A stretch of 63,954 nucleotides of DNA, filler included, from Licmophora abbreviata (taxonomy: Eukaryota), in NCBI GenBank assembly GCA_900291995.1. It is 12 parts of 12 records of this genome, joined end to end, with 100 filler letters (N's around TTAATTAATTAA, not from the genome) between each part and the next. Parts side by side here need not be neighbours in the genome. Positions count along the whole stretch, not along the records: positions 43,555 to 55,184 come from OLMU01001676.1; positions 55,285 to 62,849 come from OLMU01001677.1; 10 more parts are not named here. One strand, 5' to 3'. Position 1 is the stretch's first letter. Each line of letters begins with the position of its first letter. The notes below the pieces were generated by a model. That model was not told the DNA's origin. It saw only the letters and a list, made by a program, of their open reading frames with translations, and made no database searches. Below, piece after piece: positions 49,671-58,897 of this stretch. The translations under genes were made by a program, and so were the position numbers.

Positions 49671-50165
49671 CGGATCATACGAAAAGATATGCTTTCGAGC
49701 AATTATTTGAGTTGAGCGCCAAACTTGTTCTGCTAATCGAAATGCATGAGCTCAGGCATCAGTCGTCGCCATCCCGCCACAGATCGTCTCTGTATTCCAA
49801 CCAGCCAGGTTGAATGATGTGCCTTGGACCGTAATATCATCACATCATCCCGCTCTCTTATGCACTTGTATGCTGCGCTTGTTAGTCTGCCGCGGTGACG
49901 CGAGATGCCGGTGCGTCGTGGTGTGGCGTGACGGACGTACTGACTTTTCCGGAGAATCGAGGGCCTGCTCCGGGATGAGGGAGTTCTTATATGTTCTTCC
50001 GGTTTTCTCGTTTGCTATGCAGTAGTATAGGACAAGTCTTACTGTACAGCCACTGCATATAGACTATGCACTCTCTTTTTAGCTAGACTTAGGCATCCAC
50101 ATGGTGGCAAGCAATGTTATAGCAAACAGCAATGTTATGACGACCCCTGATGAATAGCAGAAGTC

Positions 50166-51441
50166 TCACCCCAAAACCTGCGTTGGAATGCGAGACTGAG
50201 TGTCCTCTCGGAAGATTTCAGCCTCTTGTCTAGTAGACTCTGAGTGTTGTGACACCGCCGTTAGGTCGACAACGAAATGGGTAACTTCGCTCACCCGATT
50301 TGCATGGCCTTTCGGACTTGCAGCCATTACTGGTCGGACGTTCATAGTGCACTTGACGAAGCTTGCAGACTGCTTATCATGTTTGCTGATGAGATCGACG
50401 GAAGTGTCGCTTCCGGATCCAGACGCAGCCACGCATGATGGTAAAGAGAACTTTTCACAAATACCACCGTGGAGCAAGTCGGCGAGATGTCTGCCCAGAA
50501 TGCTGCTTGACGCAATCCCGGAAAGCCTGGAAAAGGCAGCATTCGAATGAATAATGGTGTAGGGAGCGTTAGATAGGACCATGACTCTGTATGTAAATAG
50601 GCACAAACACGAGGTTAGACCATGCAGCAAGGATCACAACCATATCTGGTAGCAAACGGTCGACGATTGCTTACCTCGCTTCCTGACAAACCGCCAAGGC
50701 CTCTTCCAGAGACACGGTGATCGAAGCGGGACATGAGACCAGACTAGCGGTCTCTGTCTGTTTTGTGGTCTTTGGTTGATCACGAGGCTTGTGTTTGAGG
50801 GCGTCCTCTACTCTCGCGTTGATCACAAGAACTGAAGAAGCCAGATGCTGGGCATCGTCGTTATCCGTCTCGCTGAGAGAGCCCGTGCTACTTTCGCTAT
50901 CAGATTCGGCAATGCGGGCTACTTGTGTAGGAGCCTTGTAGGCAAAGCGGCTGAGATTGATCACCTCTTGGTACGCTTGTCCAGCATCCACGTCAAACTT
51001 ATGGTACGAAAAGTCGTGACCAGCGTTCAGAAAGGGAGAGGCTTCGACTGCGCCGGAGAAGACAAGCTTCACGCCCGACATGTCTACCTTGGCAAGTGGG
51101 ATCGCCCTTGTGTTCGTTGTGCGAATCTTGGGTACTGGAAGGCCGGCACGGTCGAGATCGGTTCTAGCAAAGGCCGCATCGAACTGCCTTTCGTTGAGCT
51201 TGCGACGCTTGGCGCGTTCGTTGCTAGAGTACTCGCGCCTGCTTCTGGAGCGAAAGTCGATGGTTCCTGGTGGACTCTCATTGCCAGAGCCGTCGCGATC
51301 GGCAGAGTAACCAGATTCACTATCCTGCGGATGGGATTGATGGATCAGGATGTTTCCGGCCGTGGGATGAGCGGAGCGCTCGCAGGAGGTGCCTTGAGCA
51401 GCCCGTCCACTAAGGAGTCGAGCACTGAGTTGAGAAACCAT
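50166..51441 (-). CDS. Protein with a C-terminal PAS domain; intron 50587..50674
   Basis: After splicing: EARVMVLSNAPYTIIHSNAAFSRLSG....ILGR (PAS-like). The N-terminus is disordered with a basic NLS-like AKRRKL. Confidence 0.75.
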
Positions 51442-52090
51442 GTTGCAGCGAAGACGGAATGAAAGTAAGGAGTCAATTGTCCTTTGTTGCGATGAAGGTG
51501 ATGTCTTTCGTGGCTTTCTTGTTTTGTGAGACGCGAATGCTGTCAACAAGTGGCCCACCCGGGCGAGAAAGCGAAGGCAAACCGAGATGATGTGGTAGAA
51601 AAAAGTGCGCAAAAGTGAGGGCTAGATTGCGTATTTATGGGTCAGACATTTGAAGCGGTGACGAATCAGCGACTTGTTAATCCTTCCGAACGTGCTATAC
51701 ATTTGACAAAACGTGCTCTTTAAATGTATTTACATGACATACTTCAGATGTGGCCACGTGTTCAGGGAAAATGTCATGATGGAATGGTCTGCTTGAAGCG
51801 GTACTCACGGCTTATTGCCATGGATTGCGATGCGTCATGACGATGTCAGCCATGACGATGGGGAGGCCGCGTCTTTGATGAGTGAGTGAGTCGAGTCCAA
51901 CATCCATCCCGCGGTCGAGCAATTGTGGTCAGACGCCAATGCCTTTACCCTAGTAGTGCTGGTATGCGAACACCATACAACCGACGTGACAATGGACATG
52001 ATCCCGCTCGCATCTAATGTTTCTGTGCTACGGTCACACCAAGTACTCGTGGCTATTACTTGAAACACAGACATTACAGATACGCTCGCG

Positions 52091-54718
52091 TTACCACTTG
52101 ACTAGAGATCCAATAGCAACGGCGACAAAGAGCACGAATTTTGTCAACTCAAGATGCCGAAAGTTCTTTTCGCTGTTTTCCAATCTCCCGCAGTGCCAGT
52201 CGAACCGTTTGGTAATGTTTTGAAGCTCTCCTCGTTTCATGTGACCCCAGAGTCTGCCGCTTTCTAGGATGATGACAAAGACGTTGGCTAACACATGGGC
52301 CCCTACGCAAAACATGGTCGACCTTTCATATTCCAGAATGCTGCATCGATGACGATACTCTTGCACTCGCGCCATATCGACTACCACATCTGATACGAGA
52401 ACCCAAGCGAGAGTGGATAAGATCGTCGCTGGACTGGCACCCAGCATCACATGCGCGGGGATAAGAAACAGGAGAGTCTCCGTTGCATTCGGCCAGGACC
52501 TGTAGGTGTGGGCGGGAAATCTGCAGAACAGTGCACTATCCCCGATCGCCCAGTTGAAGAAGTGACTCGAGAGAACGAGAGGTGATCCCGGCCAAAAATC
52601 GTGGTGCACCGTGGCTGATGGACAGGCCTTGAGGTGGGCGCCTGCTTTGTGCGTCTGGCGGAGACAGAAATCGACGTCCTCGCCCCCTCCAGTTTTGGCG
52701 TAGTCAGTATCGAATCGGATGCGACGCCTTCGAAAGATAATGTTGGCCGTGACTCCCCAGGCAGGTTGGGAGTAGTCTGGGTTACTTGCTATCTCAAACA
52801 TGAACGTGAGGTAGCTCATCAGAACAGCTGCATGTTTGAGAGGAAGATCAGAGGCTCGAGGGAATCGGACTAGGCCAACAAGACCCTCCTCGTCTGGAGA
52901 GAGCTTCTTTATTTCGTCTTCGTATCGGGCAAGAAGGTCCGGTTCAGGCCGCACGTCGTCGTCCAAGAAGAGGACGAACTCAGCAGCGCTCTCGTCTAAA
53001 CCTCGGTTGCGACTTGCGGATGCGCCAATGTTCATCGTGTTGGACCGAACGCGTATGTTGTTACCACGGTACTGGTTGGCTTCACTCTTTGATGCTACAA
53101 CAAGCTGCTGCTCGAGCGCTTGAGCTGCTTCTTCAATAGTCGGTCCCACGAAGTTCGCGATGAGCTTCTTCGGGTTGTCAACGACGATGATGAAGGTTGT
53201 ACGGCACGTGTCGGGCACGGACAACGAACAGATCCGTTCAAGATAGCGAAGGTCGATTCGGTACGTGGGCACGAGCACGTCCAGGACAATTATCTCCGGC
53301 TGCTCCGATGCGTTTTTGAGCAGGTACGAACCTATCGGCATTGCGTCATCGAGAACCCAGTCTCGCCATCCAGATGCCTGGACGCGCTCGTATCGAACTG
53401 GTCCAGCTGATCCGATGATGTTGCCTCCACTTAAGTTGGAGAGCTCGGCTTCCACTGCAGGGGCAGCGCCATACGCAAGGTAAAGTCGTTGGAGGTATGG
53501 ATCCAGATCTTGGTTGATGAACAACCCTATCCGGTGTTTCGGGACGAGGCCTTGGAAGATCCGGAAATGTTCCTTTCCTACCACAGGGAACGTAGGGAAG
53601 CCAGGGAATGTTCGATCCTTCCACCAAGGGCAGCCAAAGCCGAATGGACACCCTAAGCGGTCTGCAATGGATAGAAATGCACGGTAGAGCTCTTGATAGT
53701 GATTGGGCGTATGGAGTTCAACGTCGTCACCGAGAAGCACAACCCAGTCGGCTCCTTGATTCCATGCCCGTTCGGCCATCAGATGCCATGCCCGACAAAT
53801 AGGGAAGGGAGAGCCGTTGGATCTTTCCTCGTTGATAATCATATCGAAGCGTGTGACACGCGAGCGGCTCTCGATGCATTTCTTCAAGCGGACGATATCT
53901 GGGCTGTGAGCCTCGTCGCTGTCGATTCCGAGGACGATCAAATACTTACAGAGAGGATCTTTTTCAACGCTGTCCAGTAAGCGTAAGACTGCCTGGATTG
54001 AATTTTCGGTGGACATTCCTTCACCAACACGAAGCGTGAGCAAAATACCTTCTAAAGGCAGGGGCGGGTTGGAATTCTGGATTCCTGCTTTCTTCATTGC
54101 ACGTCTCCACTCAGACTGTTGAGCACCAATTCCAGCACAAGATAGAAGTTCTGGCCATTTTGCGACGTCGTAGAGCGGGAGAACTACGATACCGCCAATT
54201 TTCTCATCTTCAAATGACGCAATGCGTCTAGTGTGCTCCGATGCTCGAGTCCGTAGCATCTGTTCGAGTGCGACGCGTTCCTGCCCACCAAGTTCCGCCT
54301 TATGCCCTAAATCATGAACTACCCAGTGCTGAAGCTCAGAACGAACCGTGTCCTCGATATCACGAGTTGTCGCCACGAAATGCACTTTCACCCCTTGCTC
54401 ATGGGCATCACTCTGTAGCTTTGCGAGCTCTTTTCTAGGGAGAAAGGCAAGAAGCGCAATCCACCCATCGCATACGAGACTGTGCTCATTCACTTGCTTG
54501 AGTACTGTTTGTCGTCCACCGTTGTGCCACCATGCTCCAACGATCACCTCTGGCTTCTGAAGGATCCCTTTGTACTGCCTCGCAGTCAGGACTGGAAATT
54601 GAGAATGTACTTTCATTCCAATTATCTCGCCTGCCTTCGCGAGAGTACTTGTGCCGGACCGATAAAGTCCGAGATTAAGAATGCATGTCTCGTTGGGAGT
54701 CAAGGGTCGGGTCGACAT
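52091..54718 (-). CDS. Fusion protein: sulfotransferase-like domain, two GT-A/GT2 glycosyltransferase domains and C-terminal membrane helices; intronless
   Basis: 5'-PSB-like LGLYRSGTSTL and 3'-PB-like TTRDIEDTVRS. GT domain 1 has LGIDSDE and WVVLLGDD; GT domain 2 has VPTYR, GASASRNRGL, FLDDDV and GGEDVDF. Confidence 0.82.
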   Translation of the reverse strand: MSTRPLTPNETCILNLGLYRSGTSTLAKAGEIIGMKVHSQFPVLTARQYKGILQKPEVIVGAWWHNGGRQTVLKQVNEHSLVCDGWIALLAFLPRKELAKLQSDAHEQGVKVHFVATTRDIEDTVRSELQHWVVHDLGHKAELGGQERVALEQMLRTRASEHTRRIASFEDEKIGGIVVLPLYDVAKWPELLSCAGIGAQQSEWRRAMKKAGIQNSNPPLPLEGILLTLRVGEGMSTENSIQAVLRLLDSVEKDPLCKYLIVLGIDSDEAHSPDIVRLKKCIESRSRVTRFDMIINEERSNGSPFPICRAWHLMAERAWNQGADWVVLLGDDVELHTPNHYQELYRAFLSIADRLGCPFGFGCPWWKDRTFPGFPTFPVVGKEHFRIFQGLVPKHRIGLFINQDLDPYLQRLYLAYGAAPAVEAELSNLSGGNIIGSAGPVRYERVQASGWRDWVLDDAMPIGSYLLKNASEQPEIIVLDVLVPTYRIDLRYLERICSLSVPDTCRTTFIIVVDNPKKLIANFVGPTIEEAAQALEQQLVVASKSEANQYRGNNIRVRSNTMNIGASASRNRGLDESAAEFVLFLDDDVRPEPDLLARYEDEIKKLSPDEEGLVGLVRFPRASDLPLKHAAVLMSYLTFMFEIASNPDYSQPAWGVTANIIFRRRRIRFDTDYAKTGGGEDVDFCLRQTHKAGAHLKACPSATVHHDFWPGSPLVLSSHFFNWAIGDSALFCRFPAHTYRSWPNATETLLFLIPAHVMLGASPATILSTLAWVLVSDVVVDMARVQEYRHRCSILEYERSTMFCVGAHVLANVFVIILESGRLWGHMKRGELQNITKRFDWHCGRLENSEKNFRHLELTKFVLFVAVAIGSLVKW

Positions 54719-55674
54719 CTTTCGAAAGTTGCGGTTCCGCTCAGCTTGTGTTATGAGTAAGCCTCGATATGTAGTTTCTCGAACTCCTTTGACGATACCA
54801 CCTAGATCTGTACGTACTCTGAAATTTTCAGAATCATGTGGCTAACACTTTTCCTGCTGTACGACGGTCTACGGTGGCCCTAAAATTTCGGGGCAGTACG
54901 ATTTTGTCGTGGCAATCAGAACTGCGTCTCATCGAGGTGGCAAACTCCTGGACAGCTGGAGGAGGAACTTATCACCCATCCTATCTGCTATCGTGCGGCG
55001 TGGTAACCTTGCGTTGCGAGATACCCAACTATGGTACCGGTTATACCGAATCTCAAACTTGCGCTTATGGCGCTCGCGCGGAGTACCAAGTACTCCGAGC
55101 AAAGTTGGATGTGATGGTCGCGAAGGAGCGGTTGCTGACGTCAGGTGCGACGTTTTTAGCTCTAGGTACTCGTAACCTCACAATNNNNNNNNNNNNNNNN
55201 NNNNNNNNNNNNNNNNNNNNNNNNNNNNTTAATTAATTAANNNNNNNNNNNNNNNNNNNNNNNNNNNNNNNNNNNNNNNNNNNNCGACTCCGCGCGTGGC
55301 CGTCGAGCCGTATTGGTGTCTGATGGGACGACGCGTTAAGATTCTCGATCCACGCCGTTGCAACACAGCCTCGAAGCTTTGCCCTTTCTGGTAACTTCGA
55401 AACGAATACTCATCCTTGCTATTAACCGGTCGACATAAACGGTCGCACTTCGGTCCAGCTATAGACAGCAAAATTGGAAGCCCACAGACGGAAACTCAAC
55501 ATTCCAAGTCACTTCTATCGTTTTAGTCGAATCGTGACCATTCTGACGCTCTTCGGTCTCGTTGTGGCTCCCCGCTGCCATTCCTTTACTTCGATACTTG
55601 TAGGCCGACGCTATTTTCACTATTCAACTCGCTATCTTATTTGGAAACGTTCTCGATCCGACGTGAAACGATCC

Positions 55675-56340
55675 ATGATGTCGTCGTCGACGACACAGGA
55701 CGAAGACGCACGCATGCGGAAGAAGGTCTTGCGCAAAGAGATTCGAGGGCGAATGAGAACACTATCTCGAGATGAAATTGAGACGCAGAGCAACAAGGTA
55801 TGGGAGCGACTTTTTGAATTGCCAATGTATAAAGACGCGAAAAGCGTAGGTTTGTTCCTGTCCATGCCAACGCACGAAATCAACACCGATCTGGCATTGA
55901 AGGATGCTATTCGAAACAAAAAGACAGTGTATGTTCCGGAAGTAGGGCAGAATTTTGAAAAGAGCGATATGGAACTAATTCGAGTCATCCTGGATGACGC
56001 AGACGTCAGTGAAGATCTTGAGATCTTTCACCAACAGTGGCCGAAGAACAAGTGGCAAATCCCCGAGCCTCCGGCTGAAATGCCCCGTGTTCCTGCCAAG
56101 CCAGGTGACATCGATCTGATGATTGTACCCGGGCTTTGCTTTGATCGATTGGGAGGCAGGCTCGGGCAAGGGAAGGGATATTATGATCGCTTCCTGGCTC
56201 GCATCCGTCAAAATTCAAAGCCCAAGCTGGTGGCAGTTGGGCTCGGTCCCCAGCTCGTCGACACGGGCATCCCCATGACTGAACACGACTTTCGTATGGA
56301 GACGGTGCTCCTACCAAACGAAACCATTGTTGTAGACTAG
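55675..56340 (+). CDS. 5-formyltetrahydrofolate cyclo-ligase (frame open upstream to 55465)
   Basis: KKVLRKEIR, FLSMPTHEINT, WQIPEP, DLMIVPGLCFD..GGRLGQGKGYYDRFL and HDFRM. Confidence 0.93.
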   Translation: MMSSSTTQDEDARMRKKVLRKEIRGRMRTLSRDEIETQSNKVWERLFELPMYKDAKSVGLFLSMPTHEINTDLALKDAIRNKKTVYVPEVGQNFEKSDMELIRVILDDADVSEDLEIFHQQWPKNKWQIPEPPAEMPRVPAKPGDIDLMIVPGLCFDRLGGRLGQGKGYYDRFLARIRQNSKPKLVAVGLGPQLVDTGIPMTEHDFRMETVLLPNETIVVD

Positions 56341-56455
56341 GAATAGGCGGTCCGTGAGCTCGCGATACGAGGGAACCTAGCTTAACTAGTGGTTGGGCTA
56401 CACCTTATGATTGTGCGTCGAGGAAGTCTAGCCGTACAATACTATTTCCCCACTG

Positions 56456-57427
56456 CTATATTGTAATTTCCCCTAGAACGAAAGCTGCAGTCTCCCACAA
56501 AGAGGGATCGAACGGAAGGACTAGTGCTGACAGCAGGCCAGAATGATGCTCGTCGCCGGCATCGTCGTCGCAGCCAGTTCCACTCAACCGGAGTAGAATG
56601 CCAGAGTCGGTAGCGAGAATGCCGCCAGGTCGCAAGAGCTGCAGTGTGGCTGCCGTTTTCATGACGTCGTCATTTGTCCTGCATGTAACGGCGACTCCTC
56701 CCATGCCGTCGTTCGCGAACTCGTCCGAGTCGCGCCCGACCGGTGGCTCGCCCAAGAGAAGGCCACTTTCGAGTTGCAATGAGCCGTGCGCGGATGGAAG
56801 TACGCCTACTAGGAGACTTACCAGACTGGACACGGCTTCCTCGCGCGCCCCATTGTCCTGCACATGTTCCTCGCGATCAATCAGCACCCATCCACCACTC
56901 GAAGCGGTGTCAATTGCAGGGGTGGGATCTACATAGGAGGAGCCGTGGGCGTCAATGGCAAACGTATAGCCATACGAACGCGAATTCTCTGTTACATCGC
57001 AGAGCTTTCCATCTCGTTCTCGAACAAAGAGCATATCAGGGTCACCTTCTTCCCAAGACTGAGTAGCTCGAGAGACATCTTCTTCCGAAATGACAACTCG
57101 GTCGACCGTAAACGTGGTGGCGCCCTCCTCAGTCATAATTAGGCGTGATAGCGCCATGCGGGGTACGACCGCTGTGTTTCGCAAATCGAGCCAAAGCTGG
57201 GTATCTCTTGACGACTCGGAGAAGTCACTCTCGTCGGTTTCGAGAAGACACTTCATCGTAGTTGCTGTCTCGTATCGACGAGAATGTCCTGAGGTCGAAG
57301 GCAGTCGGCGGATGGGCGGTGAACCTCCGATTTGAAAAGCGGAACTGAGAACAATCGAATGCATCGCTTTCTCCCACACCGCCACAGTAAGAAGAAAAGC
57401 TATGGTACATTTTCTGCATATGGACAT
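56456..57427 (-). CDS. Hypothetical protein, possibly plastid-targeted
   Basis: 323-aa ORF with a hydrophobic N-terminus, an SSA-FQ cleavage-like motif and an S/R-rich transit-like segment. Confidence 0.65.
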   Translation of the reverse strand: MSICRKCTIAFLLTVAVWEKAMHSIVLSSAFQIGGSPPIRRLPSTSGHSRRYETATTMKCLLETDESDFSESSRDTQLWLDLRNTAVVPRMALSRLIMTEEGATTFTVDRVVISEEDVSRATQSWEEGDPDMLFVRERDGKLCDVTENSRSYGYTFAIDAHGSSYVDPTPAIDTASSGGWVLIDREEHVQDNGAREEAVSSLVSLLVGVLPSAHGSLQLESGLLLGEPPVGRDSDEFANDGMGGVAVTCRTNDDVMKTAATLQLLRPGGILATDSGILLRLSGTGCDDDAGDEHHSGLLSALVLPFDPSLWETAAFVLGEITI

Positions 57428-57724
57428 CAGGGAAGCTTGACGACAAGGAATGGCGCCTCTGAAACATACAATCAGACTTTAGATGGACCTCTCCGCACGC
57501 ACCTCTCGCGATCTCTCCCATAGTCGACAGAGTCAGTCAGTCGAGACGGCGGATGTCCTGTCCGCCGCCGCGCGCGTCTTTCCATTGCAATGATTGTCTT
57601 TCCATCTCTCGCGTCGTCCTCTCGTCGTCCGTATCGTGAATGCGCGCGATCCGTGAGGTCCGGTTCGCGCGGCTTCACATCGTCCTCTCATCGCCGTCAG
57701 TCGTCACCATTATTACAGTTGACC

Positions 57725-58897
57725 ATGGCGACGGCGTTGAGACAACTCAGACCTTTTCATGGACGGCAGTGGCGTAAGAATGGGTTCAGTTTATCTACCA
57801 GTACTGTTCTGTTGAACAAGCCACCCTCTCTTGCAAATGCGACCACGTTGCGACTCTTCTCGTACTCACGAGGGGGAAATGCGCCGGGCGTAGGAGGGAG
57901 GTCCGAGGAACGCCACATTGCGACTGCCATTCGAAAGATGAAAGAGATGAAACCAAAGTTTGTCATCGAAGTCGTTAACGCGTCCAATGTCGGTCTGGTG
58001 CCCCGACTCTTCCCTGGTACCTCCATGGTAAGGGATGCGCGGGTCGTCCTCCGAATCCTCACACACGCCGACGTGCTTTCGAACGCGGCACTTCGCTATC
58101 AGATGGCGCAAGCGCAACATCGTGAGAGGGACAGGACCGATGCTGTGATTGCATTGAACCTGAAAGAATCGTCGGCCATGAAACGTAAGAATCTGCGCAA
58201 TGTCACTTCTGCCGTGTTCGGTGGAGCGCAACTCGCTTCCGATCGCGCAGCTCTAGTCTGTGGGATCCCGAATGCCGGCAAGAGTAGTCTCATCCTGCCA
58301 CTTTCAAAAGATCGCACTCTGAGCGTCAGAAAGAAGAAGAGTTACCATTTGCCCAAAGTTTCATCCAAGGCAGGGTGGACTCTGTCCACTAAACGGCACG
58401 TCATGGAAACAGCTCGTGGTCACGCCGTGACGCTCATTGATACTCCAGGACTGCGACCGCGAATTGATGATGCCGATATGGAAACAATGGCGCTGCTGAT
58501 TGCGGTGGGCGCCATGGAACCTTCCAAGGGCATGCTTAATGGTGAATTAAAGAGACTTATCGTCGAGACGCTCCTCAAGGCGCTCAACCGTCACGGCGCT
58601 TTTATGCCATCGGAAGAAGCATTGCCTTATGTAGCAGCATTTGGATTGGATGCACCGACCGAGGACCCAGAGGAGTTTCTAAAGGCAAGCGCGAAATTAT
58701 TACCACGCAAAGGAACGGGGTCCTTGATCGATTTGATAAAAGAGTGCAAAACAGGCCGCTTGGGTGGATTAATATTTGAAGAGGGGCCTGGACGGCAACA
58801 ACCTAACGATTTACTCAATCTGAATCGAACGGCGCCTGTTCTCTGTATGAATGATGAGGCAAGACGCCTGATTGCTCTTGATTCACAAATCGGGTAA
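57725..58897 (+). CDS. Circularly permuted RbgA/YlqF (MTG1-like) GTPase, probably mitochondrial
   Basis: G4-like THAD lies before G1 GIPNAGKSS, G2 GWT and G3 DTPG. C-terminal GRLG and an Arg-rich presequence are present. Confidence 0.8.
   Translation: MATALRQLRPFHGRQWRKNGFSLSTSTVLLNKPPSLANATTLRLFSYSRGGNAPGVGGRSEERHIATAIRKMKEMKPKFVIEVVNASNVGLVPRLFPGTSMVRDARVVLRILTHADVLSNAALRYQMAQAQHRERDRTDAVIALNLKESSAMKRKNLRNVTSAVFGGAQLASDRAALVCGIPNAGKSSLILPLSKDRTLSVRKKKSYHLPKVSSKAGWTLSTKRHVMETARGHAVTLIDTPGLRPRIDDADMETMALLIAVGAMEPSKGMLNGELKRLIVETLLKALNRHGAFMPSEEALPYVAAFGLDAPTEDPEEFLKASAKLLPRKGTGSLIDLIKECKTGRLGGLIFEEGPGRQQPNDLLNLNRTAPVLCMNDEARRLIALDSQIG

Noticed and set aside
43714..54718. NDOR1-HAD-Sel1-PARG-PAS-GT genes as a biosynthetic or defence cluster
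   Set aside because: Mixed orientations and unrelated housekeeping functions fit ordinary compact eukaryotic gene order.
54838..55184. 132-aa ORF running into a linker
   Set aside because: Non-ATG start, no motifs, and it lies in the probable promoter of the GT fusion gene.
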